Positions 48,767 to 58,668 are shown, counted from the stretch's first letter. The stretch is DNA of 64,000 nt from an uncultured Acidobacteriota bacterium (GCA_963836075.1 CAWIIB010000009.1:1984001-2048000), one strand, 5' to 3'. Translations and numbers: made by a program. Notes: a model not told the origin generated them from the letters alone.

Positions 48767-49393
48767 TTACCTCGGGGCCAGGTAGTAGACCTTGGGCTTG
48801 TTGCCCAGTTCGGGGTTGAGCACCTCACCGCGGTGCAGGCGGATCAGCGTCGACGCCTCGCTGTCCGGGTCGTCCAGGTCGCCGAAGGTCCGGGCGTTGG
48901 CCGAGCAGGCCTCGACGCAGGCCGGCAGCTTGCCCTCGTCCAGCAGGTCGCGGCAGAAGTCGCACTTGGTGGCCACGCCCACGCCGAACTTCTCTTCCCA
49001 GTTCTTCTTGGCCCACTCCTCGTACTCGGAGAGCGGCAGCCCGTCAGGGAAGTAGCTCTCCCACTCCTCGACGGAGTAGCGCGCGCCGTAGGGGCAGCCC
49101 ATCATGCAGTACTTGCAGCCCATGCACTTGTCCTTCTCCACGATCACGATGCCGTTGTCCAGCTTGACCGTGGCCCCGGTGGGACAGACTTCGAGGCACG
49201 AGGGTTCGTCGCAGTGCATGCAGAGCACCGGCAGGGCCTGGCGCACCGCGTTGGGGAACTTGCCCTGCTCGCCCTTCAGCACGCGGGCCCAGAAGACCTT
49301 GGGCGGGGTGTGGTTCTTCACCTTGCAGGCCATGACGCAAGCGTAACAGCCGTAGCACCGTTTGAGGTCGATGACCATTCCGTATTGTGGCAT
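48767..49393 (-). CDS. Four-cluster 4Fe-4S subunit (NrfC/PsrB/DmsB family)
   Basis: CYGCYAC, CMHCDEPSC..VCP, CMGCKYC..GCPY and KCDFC…PACVEAC. Confidence 0.95.
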   Translation of the reverse strand: MPQYGMVIDLKRCYGCYACVMACKVKNHTPPKVFWARVLKGEQGKFPNAVRQALPVLCMHCDEPSCLEVCPTGATVKLDNGIVIVEKDKCMGCKYCMMGCPYGARYSVEEWESYFPDGLPLSEYEEWAKKNWEEKFGVGVATKCDFCRDLLDEGKLPACVEACSANARTFGDLDDPDSEASTLIRLHRGEVLNPELGNKPKVYYLAPR

Positions 49394-49414
49394 GTCGTTA
49401 TCTCCTGACGCTTG

Positions 49415-52105
49415 CTAATCAGCCTTGTAGACCTTGACCCGACAGCAGATGTCCTGGTTGAAGGTCAGCGGATCGGTGTGTCCGAGGTCCATTTCAACAA
49501 GGTCGTTGAAAAAGACCCCCTTGCCCTCGGCCACCGGCAGGTGCTTGCCCCAGTGGCCGGCCACCGCGGCGATGGCCAGGTGGTGCGGTTCGATCCCCTC
49601 GGAGAGGGAGACGTAACCCTTGACCCGGTGTCCCTCGGGGTTCTCCAGCCAGATGTAGTCGCCGTCCGCGATGCCCTTCTTCTTCGCCGTGCCCACGTGC
49701 ATCTGCACCGAGTAGGTGGTCGGGTCCTCCTGGGCGACCTCGTCGAGGTAGGGGTTGCACTGGGTCAGCGAGTTGCTGTGGATCACCGACCGCCAGTAGA
49801 AGGTGTGCATGTCGAATTCGGGATCTTCCTCGGTGTGCGTCGGGCAGGGGTACCAGTCGGCCAGCGCCTTGAACCTCGACCAGTCGAAGTCGAAGAAGTC
49901 CTTGCCGCCGTAGTGGTCCCACAGCTTGGAGATCTTCTCTCCGGATTCGATGAAGTACTCGAAGTAGACCGGCACTCGGGAGGGGTTGAACCACTTCCAG
50001 TAGACGTCCTCCTTCCGCTTGGGCCAGGTGATCAGGCCCCGCTTCTTGAAGTATTCCAGGTCGAATTCGTCACCGAAGCGGTCGCGCACCAGCCGGTCGC
50101 AGACGTCGGGCCAGGTGTGGACCACGCTGCCGTCCTCGATCAGCTTGTTCTTCTCCAGCATCTCGCCGCCGTAGCGCATGGGTACCGTGTCGTTGAGACC
50201 CTTGAAATACTTGCCGTGGATGCCCAGGCGTTCGGAGATGTCGATCATCACCTGGTTGAAGTCCCGGCGCTCGTAGAGCGGCTCCACCACCGGCTGGCGA
50301 ATGGTCCAGCCCCAGTCGTCCTCACCCTGGGGGTGGGAGAAGGTGGAGGGGAAACTCACCGCCGGTGTAAACCGTTCGAGGAAGCAGGTGTCGGGCAGGA
50401 TGATGTCGGCCACCGCCTCCTCGAACTCGGTGACGTAGAGCTGGAAGGAGAAGATGAACTTGAACTTCTTGAGGAAGTTCTCGGTCACCGTTTCGGCGTT
50501 GCCCATGGTCATCACCGAGTTGGAACCGAAGTTGATCATCACGTCCGGGCGGTAGGGGACCTCGAACCGCTCGAGGATGTCGAACCACTCCGGGCTGCAG
50601 ATGGTGAAGGCGTTGTAGATCGAGGTGGGGAACATGTCGTGCAGGTCGAGCCGGGTTGGCGGCTTGGGCTCGCGCAGCGGGTAGGGCACGTGGTCGTAGA
50701 CCCAGGCCTTGGCCGTCAGCAGGCCGTCGGGGCAGGGGTAGGGGATCTGGAAGGGCTTGCCGGTGGTCAGTTCGCCGGTCTCGGGGTGGGTGAAACCGTT
50801 CATCACCGTGCCGCCCAGCCCCAGGGCGCTGCCGTAGGTGTCGGCCGCGCCGACGATGTGGTTGACCATGTCGATGGAGAGGCAGGTCCAGCCGGAGTTG
50901 GTGTGCCCCTGGGCCCCGCGGAAGAAGTGGGTGGCCACCGGGCGCCGCGGAACCTTTCTCGGTCCCTCGTCAGTCTCGATGGTCACCGTGGAGCCGATTT
51001 CCGCCGCCTCGCCGAACTCTTTGGCAATGCGGCTGATGGTCTTGGCCGGCACGTAGGTGATCTTCTCGACATACTCCGGCGTGTATTTCTTGACATGTTC
51101 CTTGAGCAGTTCGAAGGCTGGGGTGCACTCCACGCCGCCCACGGTGTATCTGCCTTCCAGGGCCACATCGTGGGCCTCGTCTTCGTACTGCACCCGGGTC
51201 ACCGACGGGTCATTGTGTGCCTTGGGCGCGTTGTCCACCAGGTCCCAGACCAGCGGCAGGTTGGTCTCCGGGTCGCGCATGTACTTCCCGTCATCGGGCT
51301 TGATCAGATACGGGGAGTTGGTCTTGTAACTCAGATACTCGGCATCGTAGATCCCGTGCTCATTGATCAGCGAGTTGACCAGGCCCAGGGCCAGGGCGCC
51401 ATCGGTGCCCACCCGGATGGGGATCCACTCGTGGCCCTTGGAGGCCTGGTTGCTCTGGAACGGGTCGAAGACGATGTTCTTGAAGCCGCGGTAGCGAGCG
51501 TCGGCCACCTGGGTGGCGTTCTGCACCGCGGTGTGGCCCGCGCCGTGGCCCTTGGAGCAGCCGAAGTTCAGCGCGTAGTTGCAGTGGGCGAAGTCGGGGA
51601 TGATCGACCACGACACGTGCATGATGCCGTTCATGAAGTGCGCGCCGTTGCCGCAGTGCAGGCCGCCGCCGGAGACCCAGTAGTTGGGGGTGCCGAAGCC
51701 GCGCATGAAGCCGATGACGCCGAAGCGGATCTCCGAGGCCTGAGTGGTGGTGGCCTGGAAGAAGAGGCCCCGGGGGTCGCGTTCCTGGCACTCCTTCAGT
51801 TTCTCGTTGATCGTGTCCAGCGCTTCCTCCCAGGAGATGCGCACGAACTTGGGATCCTCGCCAAGACCCTTCTTGGGGTTGGTCCGCTTCATCGGGTAGT
51901 TGACCCGGTACGGGTCATACAGCAGGTGCGGTGCGGCGAGACCCTTGACACAGATCGAGCCTCTCCCGGTGGGCGCATCGGGGTTCCCCTCCACCTGGGT
52001 CACGATGCCGTCCTGCACGCGGGCCTTGATGCCACACATGCAATAGCATTGACCACAGCAAGTGGGGACCCACTTATCCTGTTTCTGACTAGCGGCTGTT
52101 CCCAT
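49415..52105 (-). CDS. Mo/W-bisPGD oxidoreductase catalytic subunit without a Tat signal
   Basis: CGQCYCMC…CVKG FS0 motif; MKRTNPKKG..EDP.FV.ISWEEALD; GLHCG candidate Mo ligand; ADIILPD; AGGAG before ATG 52105. Confidence 0.92.
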   Translation of the reverse strand: MGTAASQKQDKWVPTCCGQCYCMCGIKARVQDGIVTQVEGNPDAPTGRGSICVKGLAAPHLLYDPYRVNYPMKRTNPKKGLGEDPKFVRISWEEALDTINEKLKECQERDPRGLFFQATTTQASEIRFGVIGFMRGFGTPNYWVSGGGLHCGNGAHFMNGIMHVSWSIIPDFAHCNYALNFGCSKGHGAGHTAVQNATQVADARYRGFKNIVFDPFQSNQASKGHEWIPIRVGTDGALALGLVNSLINEHGIYDAEYLSYKTNSPYLIKPDDGKYMRDPETNLPLVWDLVDNAPKAHNDPSVTRVQYEDEAHDVALEGRYTVGGVECTPAFELLKEHVKKYTPEYVEKITYVPAKTISRIAKEFGEAAEIGSTVTIETDEGPRKVPRRPVATHFFRGAQGHTNSGWTCLSIDMVNHIVGAADTYGSALGLGGTVMNGFTHPETGELTTGKPFQIPYPCPDGLLTAKAWVYDHVPYPLREPKPPTRLDLHDMFPTSIYNAFTICSPEWFDILERFEVPYRPDVMINFGSNSVMTMGNAETVTENFLKKFKFIFSFQLYVTEFEEAVADIILPDTCFLERFTPAVSFPSTFSHPQGEDDWGWTIRQPVVEPLYERRDFNQVMIDISERLGIHGKYFKGLNDTVPMRYGGEMLEKNKLIEDGSVVHTWPDVCDRLVRDRFGDEFDLEYFKKRGLITWPKRKEDVYWKWFNPSRVPVYFEYFIESGEKISKLWDHYGGKDFFDFDWSRFKALADWYPCPTHTEEDPEFDMHTFYWRSVIHSNSLTQCNPYLDEVAQEDPTTYSVQMHVGTAKKKGIADGDYIWLENPEGHRVKGYVSLSEGIEPHHLAIAAVAGHWGKHLPVAEGKGVFFNDLVEMDLGHTDPLTFNQDICCRVKVYKAD

Positions 52106-52364
52106 GTTTGACTCCTGCTCCCCTGGATTGTTGGTACACAACTGCGGAAAAAATAAAAGGAGGGACTGGTCCCGAGGGCAAGGATCACCCCTCAAACCAT
52201 ACTGTATGACGAGGTCGCGGAGTCCCGGCCAGTCGGTCTGGGTGGAGCATCCGTCAGTCACGCCGGAACCCTGGATCGAACGGCTGGCCGCCATCGGCCA
52301 GAATCGCTTCGGATGTGCATCCGGGATACGCTCAGCAGTACATCCACGACCGAACATCTGTTGA

Positions 52365-52393
52365 AAGATAAAGGTTTACATGGGGAATGTCAA
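52365..52393 (-). promoter_or_regulatory. Sigma70 promoter for the Mo-oxidoreductase operon
   Basis: TTGACA (52393-52388), 17-nt spacer, TATCTT (52370-52365). Confidence 0.65.
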
Positions 52394-52577
52394 CGCGGGT
52401 CAGGGGCATGATCGACCCCTGCGGGGGGCCATTGTGGGCACCGTTTGCGGCGGCCAGGTATTTGCGATGGTCAACTATCGGCGCTACCCCTATTGAATAG
52501 GGAGGATAGGGGTTTCCCTATGGGAAACGGCAGGTGTCGGTGGCCGGATCCCCGGCATACGTCAGGTCCGGCCGGAC

Positions 52578-52629
52578 AAAAAAACCTGCCGGGGCCGCGG
52601 GATTTTCAGCACTACCGCCCGTGGCAGGT
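52578..52629 (-). terminator. Probable terminator just downstream of the megL-like 3' relic
   Basis: ACCTGCC…GGCAGGT stem followed by a T tract on the minus strand. Confidence 0.55.
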
Positions 52630-52647
52630 CGTGTTGCGTCGTCCGTT

Positions 52648-52716
52648 TCAGATCGCGTTGAGCCCCTGTTCGATGCCCCAGAACAGGTCGTCGTAGTCGT
52701 CCAAACTGACAGATAG
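52648..52716 (-). pseudogene. Relic 3' end of the methionine gamma-lyase-like gene
   Basis: Encodes LSVSLDDYDDLFWGIEQGLNAI-stop versus LSVGVEDYDDLLWGIEQGLNAI-stop at 54474-54542; 58/69 nt identical. Confidence 0.85.
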
Positions 52717-52997
52717 GTGGCCAGGGCCCCCGCGGCGGGTTTCGCCCGGGTCAGGCGCGGAACCTGGGGCCACGAACAGCTGGTGGGCTTCTCCTGTCAG
52801 CAGAAGCGGGCCGAGATCCTTACGCAGCAGGAGTGTGTCCTGGTGCAGGGTCGGTCCTGCCCCGCACGAACATGATGAGATGGGTGAGCTCCAATACACC
52901 ATGAGTGATATTCGCAGCAGGGGGAATTCCTGAAGCTGGTTTCTTGACGTTGGAAAAGGAAATGCCTATCCTGCGGCAGGATCTCTACGGAGGACTC

Positions 52998-54416
52998 ATG
53001 CAACGAAGAAAGACAAAGATCATCTGCACTCTCGGGCCGGCCACGGAATCGGCGGAGGGCATCGCCGAGTTACTCGAAGCAGGGACCGACGTCTTCCGCC
53101 TCAACTTCTCCCACGGGGACCGTGAGGATCACCGCCAGAAGATCCGTCGGATCCGCGGGGTCTCGAAATCTCTCGGCCGCGAGGTCGGCATACTGCAGGA
53201 CCTCGGAGGGCCCAAGATCCGGCTCGGCGAGCTCCCCGAGAATGGTGTTCACCTCGAGGTGGGGTCGACGATTGATCTCGGCATCGATGGAAAGGTCGAA
53301 TTCGGGGTCCTCCCGGTCGGCTATCCGCACCTTCTCGAAGACGTCGGTGTGGGGGAGCCCATTCTCCTCGCGGATGGCCTTGCCGAGCTTGAGGTGCTCG
53401 AAGTGCTGCACGACCGCCTGCGCTGCCGTGTAGTGATCGGCGGTACAGTGACGTCCCGCAAGGGGGTCAACCTTCCGCAGGCCGTACTACGTGTTTCCTC
53501 GTTTACCGAGAAGGACCGCGCCGATCTCGAAATCGGGCTCGACGAACGCGTCGACTTTGTCGCCCTCTCGTTTGTCCGTCACGAGGATGATCTCGTTCCG
53601 GTAAGGGAACGCATCTCACGGCTGGACCACCCACCGATGTTGATCGCCAAGATCGAAAAACCGCAGGCGGTGGAACGCCTGCATCCGATCCTCGATGCGG
53701 TCGACGGTGTGATGGTCGCCCGCGGCGATCTCGGAGTCGAGATGCCGCCCGAAAAAGTACCGATGATCCAGAAGGAGATCATCGCAGCCGCTCGTCGCGC
53801 CGGGAGGCCGGTCATCACTGCAACTCAGATGTTGCGATCAATGGTCGACAGCCCGCGCCCCCTCCGCGCCGAAGCATCGGATGTCGCCAATGCTGTCCTC
53901 GACGGCACCGACGCCATGATGTTGTCCGAGGAAACCGCCATCGGAAATTTTCCGGTCGAGGCAGTCCGTGTTCTCCACCGGGTGGCGATGGAGGCCGAAC
54001 CCAAGATCGATCATGAAAAGATGCTCGAGGATTCTCGCTCGCCGGCCGTTCCGGAGGTGACCGGCGCCATCAGCCGTGCGGCGTGCGAGCTTTCGACCGA
54101 CGTCGGAGCGGCCGCGATCGTTACGACGACGGCGTCCGGTGATACCGCCCGATTGGTGGCACGGCTCCGGTCGGTCACCCCGATTCTCGCTTTGACGACG
54201 TCGGAGGAGGTGGCCCGCCAGCTCAGGTTGTCCTGGGGAGTGCTTACGTCAGTTGTGGGGCAAACGGAGAACTCCGATGAGCTCGGTCAGGCGATTCGTA
54301 CGGAGCTTACACGGCACGGGCTCGGCGTGAAGGGAGCCCGGGTCGTGATCACCGCCGGACTCCCCCTCGGCTCCTCCGGATCGACCAACGTCATCCGGGT
54401 CGAAGAACTCGACTGA
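52998..54416 (+). CDS. pyk: Pyruvate kinase
   Basis: KTKIICTLGPA, RLNFSHG, DLGGPKIR, AKIEK, MVARGDLGVE and TATQML; GGAGG ribosome-binding site. Confidence 0.96.
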   Translation: MQRRKTKIICTLGPATESAEGIAELLEAGTDVFRLNFSHGDREDHRQKIRRIRGVSKSLGREVGILQDLGGPKIRLGELPENGVHLEVGSTIDLGIDGKVEFGVLPVGYPHLLEDVGVGEPILLADGLAELEVLEVLHDRLRCRVVIGGTVTSRKGVNLPQAVLRVSSFTEKDRADLEIGLDERVDFVALSFVRHEDDLVPVRERISRLDHPPMLIAKIEKPQAVERLHPILDAVDGVMVARGDLGVEMPPEKVPMIQKEIIAAARRAGRPVITATQMLRSMVDSPRPLRAEASDVANAVLDGTDAMMLSEETAIGNFPVEAVRVLHRVAMEAEPKIDHEKMLEDSRSPAVPEVTGAISRAACELSTDVGAAAIVTTTASGDTARLVARLRSVTPILALTTSEEVARQLRLSWGVLTSVVGQTENSDELGQAIRTELTRHGLGVKGARVVITAGLPLGSSGSTNVIRVEELD

Positions 54417-54473
54417 ATCTTTATTCAAACCGGTTGCTCTACGTGTCATGGAAGGCCTCGTTCAGCGGTGGCC

Positions 54474-55649
54474 TCAGATCGCATTCAGCCCCTGCTCGAT
54501 GCCCCAGAGCAGGTCATCGTAGTCTTCCACACCCACCGAGAGGCGGACCAGCCCGTCGGTGATCCCGCCGGCCAGGCGCTCTTCGGGACTCATGCAGGCG
54601 TGGGTCATGGAGGCCGGGTGCTGGATCAGGGTGTCGATGGAACCGAGGCTCACTGCCAGGGTCGCCACCTTCACGCCTTCCATCATCCGTTTGCCGCCGT
54701 CGTAACCGCCCTCCACATCGAAGGCCATCAGGCTGGAGAAGCCGTCCATCTGCCGCTTGGCGATCTCGTGCCCCGGGTGGCCGGGCAGACCGGGGTAGAA
54801 GACATGGTTGACCTTGGGGTGACCGTTGAGGAACTCGGCCATCTTCATCGCGTTCTCCTGGTGCCGGTCCATGCGCAGGGAGAGCGTCTTCAGTCCACGC
54901 AGGATCAGAAAGGCGTCCTGGGGGCCGAGGATGGCGCCGGTGGAGGTGCGGTACTTGTAGAGCTTCTGCAGCAGCTCTTTGTCCTTCACCACCACGAAGC
55001 CGGCCACCACGTCACCGTGGCCGTTGAGGAACTTGGTGGCCGAGTGGATGACGATGTCCATGCCCATGGTCAGCGGGCGCTGGCAGTAGGGCGTGGCAAA
55101 GGTGTTGTCGATGATGGTCAGCAGGCCGTGCTTTTTGGCGATGGCCACCACCGCCTCGATGTCGATGACCTTCAGCGTGGGGTTGGACGGCGTCTCGAAG
55201 TAGAACGCCTTTGTCTCCGGCCGGATGGCCGCTTCCAGCTGCTCCAGGTGGCTCATGTCCACGAAGGTCGACTCGATACCGAACCGCTTGAGGCTGGTGC
55301 CGATCAGCGGCACCGTGGGGCCATAGAGTGTCGGGTCGGAGACCAGGTGGTCGCCCTTGTCGAACAGGGCGAGGAAGGTGGAGTTGATGGCCGCCATGCC
55401 GGCGCCGTAGGCCAGGGCGCCCACGCCCTCCTCCAGTGAGGCCACGGTGGCCTCCACCCGCTGCACGGTGGGGTTGCCGATGCGGGAGTAGATGTTGCCC
55501 TTCTCGGTTCCGGCGAAGAAACGGGCGCCCTCGTCGGCATCCTTGAAGTAGAAGGTTGCCGTCTGGACGATGGGCATGCAGTGGGCCTGCTCCGGCTTGT
55601 GGTGTCCGTCGGCGTGGATTTGACGCGTGGTGAATCCGAATTTTTTCAT
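54474..55649 (-). CDS. PLP-dependent trans-sulfuration enzyme, methionine gamma-lyase-like
   Basis: YSRIGNPT, DNTF, HSATKFLNGHGD and AVSLG…HPASMTH; LYGPT instead of the MGL-typical LYGCT, so exact activity is uncertain. Confidence 0.88.
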   Translation of the reverse strand: MKKFGFTTRQIHADGHHKPEQAHCMPIVQTATFYFKDADEGARFFAGTEKGNIYSRIGNPTVQRVEATVASLEEGVGALAYGAGMAAINSTFLALFDKGDHLVSDPTLYGPTVPLIGTSLKRFGIESTFVDMSHLEQLEAAIRPETKAFYFETPSNPTLKVIDIEAVVAIAKKHGLLTIIDNTFATPYCQRPLTMGMDIVIHSATKFLNGHGDVVAGFVVVKDKELLQKLYKYRTSTGAILGPQDAFLILRGLKTLSLRMDRHQENAMKMAEFLNGHPKVNHVFYPGLPGHPGHEIAKRQMDGFSSLMAFDVEGGYDGGKRMMEGVKVATLAVSLGSIDTLIQHPASMTHACMSPEERLAGGITDGLVRLSVGVEDYDDLLWGIEQGLNAI

Positions 55650-55789
55650 CGTAGTATCTTCTCTTGAATGTTGTTAAAGCAGAATTATATTTTGTTAATA
55701 ACCTGTTTTATGTGAAGGATTAACCCTCCGAACGCATATTATCAGATATATCCTCTTCTTCCAAGTTGATTGGGGGGATTTTGTCTGGA

Positions 55790-57064
55790 TCAGGGTGTGG
55801 CGGAACGGGAGAGCCGCCAGAGCAGGATGGTCACCGTCAGGCCGGAGGCCACAGCGGCCGCGGCAGCCCCCATGCCGCCGTAAAGCGGTACGAGGACCAG
55901 GTTGGCCGCCAGGTTTACCAGCAGGGCCGCCGCCGTGCGCCAGGCCACCTGGCGCTCCCGCCCCTGGCTGTAGAGGCGGATGGCCAGGAAGTGGGCGAAC
56001 ATCATCAGCGGCAGCACCCAGGCCCGCAGGGCCAGCGGTCCCCAGGCCGGTGCGTATTCGCTACCCAGGGCAAGAACGATCAGCGGGCGGCCCACGACCA
56101 GCGCGGCCAGTGCGGCGGCCGTGCCATAGATCACCGCCGCCCATCGAAGTCGGCGGAAGGTGGTGGGGTCGCGGTCCGGGCGGCGGGAGAGATAGGGGTA
56201 GAGCGCGGCCACCATGGCGCCGGGCAGGATGGAGAGCCAGGCGGTGAAGCGGGAGGCGATGCCGTAGTAGCCGGCCTCCTCGGCCCCGCTGATCAGGGAG
56301 ACCAGTACGATGTCCAGCCGGTCGTGGAGGGTGAAGACCACCGAGGTGAGGAAGAAGACCGCCGCGGCCGGGGCCAGCGTGCGGATCTCACCGGTGAGCG
56401 GTTGCTGGCGGGCCGTGGCCGGAGGCGCTTCGGTGGACCGGCGAAAGGAAAACCAGCCGCAGAGGACCCGCAGGGTGGCCGAAGCGGCCAGGGCCGCGGC
56501 AGCGGCGGCCAGCGGCCAGGGGACGACGAACACGCTGAGGGCCACCGCCGTCTGAATCGCCGCGCCGGCCACGTTGATCCGGGCCACCGGCGCCATCCGT
56601 TCCAGGCCTTTCAGCGAGGCGGAGAAGACGCTCCAAACCCCTTCCAGGGCCAGCACCAGGAGGCCCAGCGCAAAGGCGAGCCTGGTCTGGGTCTCGTCGT
56701 AGCCCTGGAACAGCGGGAAGAGGACCAGGACGAGCGCGGCGGGCCAGAAAGTGAAGAGCGTCTTGGCCAGGCCGGCGGCCGCGGCCAGCCGCCGCACCCG
56801 CAGCCGGTCCCGGGCCGCCTGGCGGGTCAGGGTCATGTCGGTGCCGAAGTCCACCAGGATGGCCAGGATGCCGGTGAGGGCGGTGAGGGTGGCGTAGATC
56901 CCGAGCAGCCGCGGGCCGAGGCCCCTGGCGAGGATGATGGTCACCGCCACGCCAAAGGCCAGGGTCAGGGCGGAGTTCACCGCCATGTAGCCGGTGTTGC
57001 GGTAGACCAACTGCGAGGCCTCCCGCTCGTTCCCCGATGCTTCGGTATGTGTCGGTTCTGCCAT
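55790..57064 (-). CDS. Oligosaccharide flippase (Wzx/MOP family)
   Basis: ILARGLGP..LGIY, DFG, RLDIVLV…AGYY and LVPLYGGMGAAAA; about 12 TM segments. Confidence 0.85.
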   Translation of the reverse strand: MAEPTHTEASGNEREASQLVYRNTGYMAVNSALTLAFGVAVTIILARGLGPRLLGIYATLTALTGILAILVDFGTDMTLTRQAARDRLRVRRLAAAAGLAKTLFTFWPAALVLVLFPLFQGYDETQTRLAFALGLLVLALEGVWSVFSASLKGLERMAPVARINVAGAAIQTAVALSVFVVPWPLAAAAAALAASATLRVLCGWFSFRRSTEAPPATARQQPLTGEIRTLAPAAAVFFLTSVVFTLHDRLDIVLVSLISGAEEAGYYGIASRFTAWLSILPGAMVAALYPYLSRRPDRDPTTFRRLRWAAVIYGTAAALAALVVGRPLIVLALGSEYAPAWGPLALRAWVLPLMMFAHFLAIRLYSQGRERQVAWRTAAALLVNLAANLVLVPLYGGMGAAAAAVASGLTVTILLWRLSRSATP

Positions 57065-57447
57065 GGCGGAGCAAGGATATCACAGCAGGCTGGAGGGCCT
57101 GCGTCGGATAAAAAAAGCCGCGGCCCCGGCCCGAAAGCCCTGGGGTGAGCTTCGGTTCAATCGCCGGGCGCGGCGAGCAGCAAGGTTGGAGGCAGTGTCT
57201 GCTTCCACCTGATCAGTCACCGGTTCTCGCGTAAATCTCACACACTTTATTTGAAATTTCCTGGAGGCGTTACCGCTGGTATGCCGCCGGAGGGTGACAG
57301 GTTGGAAACCGGCGGTCACAGGCCTCCGGGCGGCGGACGGCCCTTCCTGCTGCCGGAACCTGTGCTGCCGGGCCTGGCAGGCAATTTGCAATCCGGCAGG
57401 GGTGGCAGGAGATCCAATGCGTGTCGCTATTTTAAGGGAGGATCGGG

Positions 57448-57891
57448 ATGAGCTGTGTGAACAAGGTGATTCTGGTGGGCAACCTGGGCGCCGACCCCAT
57501 GTTGCGGGTGACCAGCGCCGGGCGGCATCTGGCCACCTTCTCGGTGGCCACCAGCCGCAACTGGCAGGACGACAAGGGCGAGTGGCAGCAGCAGACCAAC
57601 TGGCACCGGGTGGTGGTCTGGGGCGAGCGGGCCCAGACGGTGACGGACCGGATGGCCAAGGGGCACCGGGTCTATGTGGAGGGCCGTTTGCAGAGCCGCT
57701 CCTGGGAAGACGAACGGGGTCAGCGCCGTTACCTCACCGAGGTCCACGCCCGCCGGGTCTTCCAGCTCAGCGCCCCGCTGTCCGGTGACGCGGCAGGCGC
57801 AGAGGACGCGGCAGGTGAAGAGAGTGTTGTCCCGGGCAACGGCGCAGCGCCGGAGAACAGTGGAGAAGCGATGAACGACATGCCGTTCTGA
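57448..57891 (+). CDS. ssb: Single-stranded DNA-binding protein
   Basis: VNKVILVGNLGADP, WHRVVVW, VYVEGRL and acidic C-terminus ending DMPF. Confidence 0.95.
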   Translation: MSCVNKVILVGNLGADPMLRVTSAGRHLATFSVATSRNWQDDKGEWQQQTNWHRVVVWGERAQTVTDRMAKGHRVYVEGRLQSRSWEDERGQRRYLTEVHARRVFQLSAPLSGDAAGAEDAAGEESVVPGNGAAPENSGEAMNDMPF

Positions 57892-57966
57892 GACGCCGGT
57901 TTGCTCCGCAGTCGCTCAAGGGCCTACAATAGAATTCATTGTGGGCAGCGACATACGGAGCAGACC

Positions 57967-58668
57967 ATGGACACGTGCATTCTGTTTGATGTGGACGGCA
58001 CCCTGATCGATGCCGGGCGGGCCGGCTCGAGGGCCATGGCCGCTGCGTTTCTCGAGTTGTATGGCGTCGAGGACGCATTCGAGGGTGTGGTCTTCGACGG
58101 GATGACCGACGTCTGGATCATCGAACGGGCGGCGGAGCTCCGCGGCCTGCCGCCATTCGGTGAAAACGGCGAGGAGCGGCAGCGCTTCTTTGCCCTCTAC
58201 CTCGAGAAGCTGCACCAGCAGGTCCATGGGCCGGCCGAAAGCCTGGTGCATCCGGGGGTTCGTCAACTGCTCGATCTGCTGCTGGAGGCCGGGGCGGCAC
58301 TGGGGCTGGCCACCGGCAACATCGCCGCCGGGGCCCGGGAGAAGCTGTCGCCCCACGGTCTCAACGACTACTTCCCGGTGGGCGGGTTCGGGGACGACCA
58401 CCGCCAGCGGGCCAGGCTGACCCGGCTGGCGCTGGACCGGGCTGCGGAGCACTACCAGCAGTCGTTCGACCCCGGACGGGTGGTGGTGATCGGCGATTCG
58501 ATCCGCGATATCATGGCGGCCCGGGACAACGGCTACAAGAGCGTGGCCGTCTGCACCGGCTGGACCGAACGGGAGCGACTGCTGGAGATGGGCCCCGACC
58601 TGATCTTCGAGGACTTCTCCGAAGCGGGTCCGGCGGCGGTCTCGATTTTGGGGTGCTGCGATGAATAG
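57967..58668 (+). CDS. HAD family hydrolase (phosphoglycolate phosphatase-like)
   Basis: LFDVDGTL, LATGN, GGFGDD and VIGDS..D. Confidence 0.9.
   Translation: MDTCILFDVDGTLIDAGRAGSRAMAAAFLELYGVEDAFEGVVFDGMTDVWIIERAAELRGLPPFGENGEERQRFFALYLEKLHQQVHGPAESLVHPGVRQLLDLLLEAGAALGLATGNIAAGAREKLSPHGLNDYFPVGGFGDDHRQRARLTRLALDRAAEHYQQSFDPGRVVVIGDSIRDIMAARDNGYKSVAVCTGWTERERLLEMGPDLIFEDFSEAGPAAVSILGCCDE

Noticed and set aside
52717-52902. Upstream part of the 84-aa ORF as further decayed lyase sequence (QDTLLLR versus QDAFLILR)
   Set aside because: Similarity is too short and weak to support by eye; only the terminal 69 nt are reported.
57195-57215. TCAGGTGGAAGCAG (minus strand) resembling SRP RNA domain IV, or a 6S RNA rod
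   Set aside because: It lacks the GNRA tetraloop segment of SRP helix 8, and I could not build a 6S closing stem with a central bubble.
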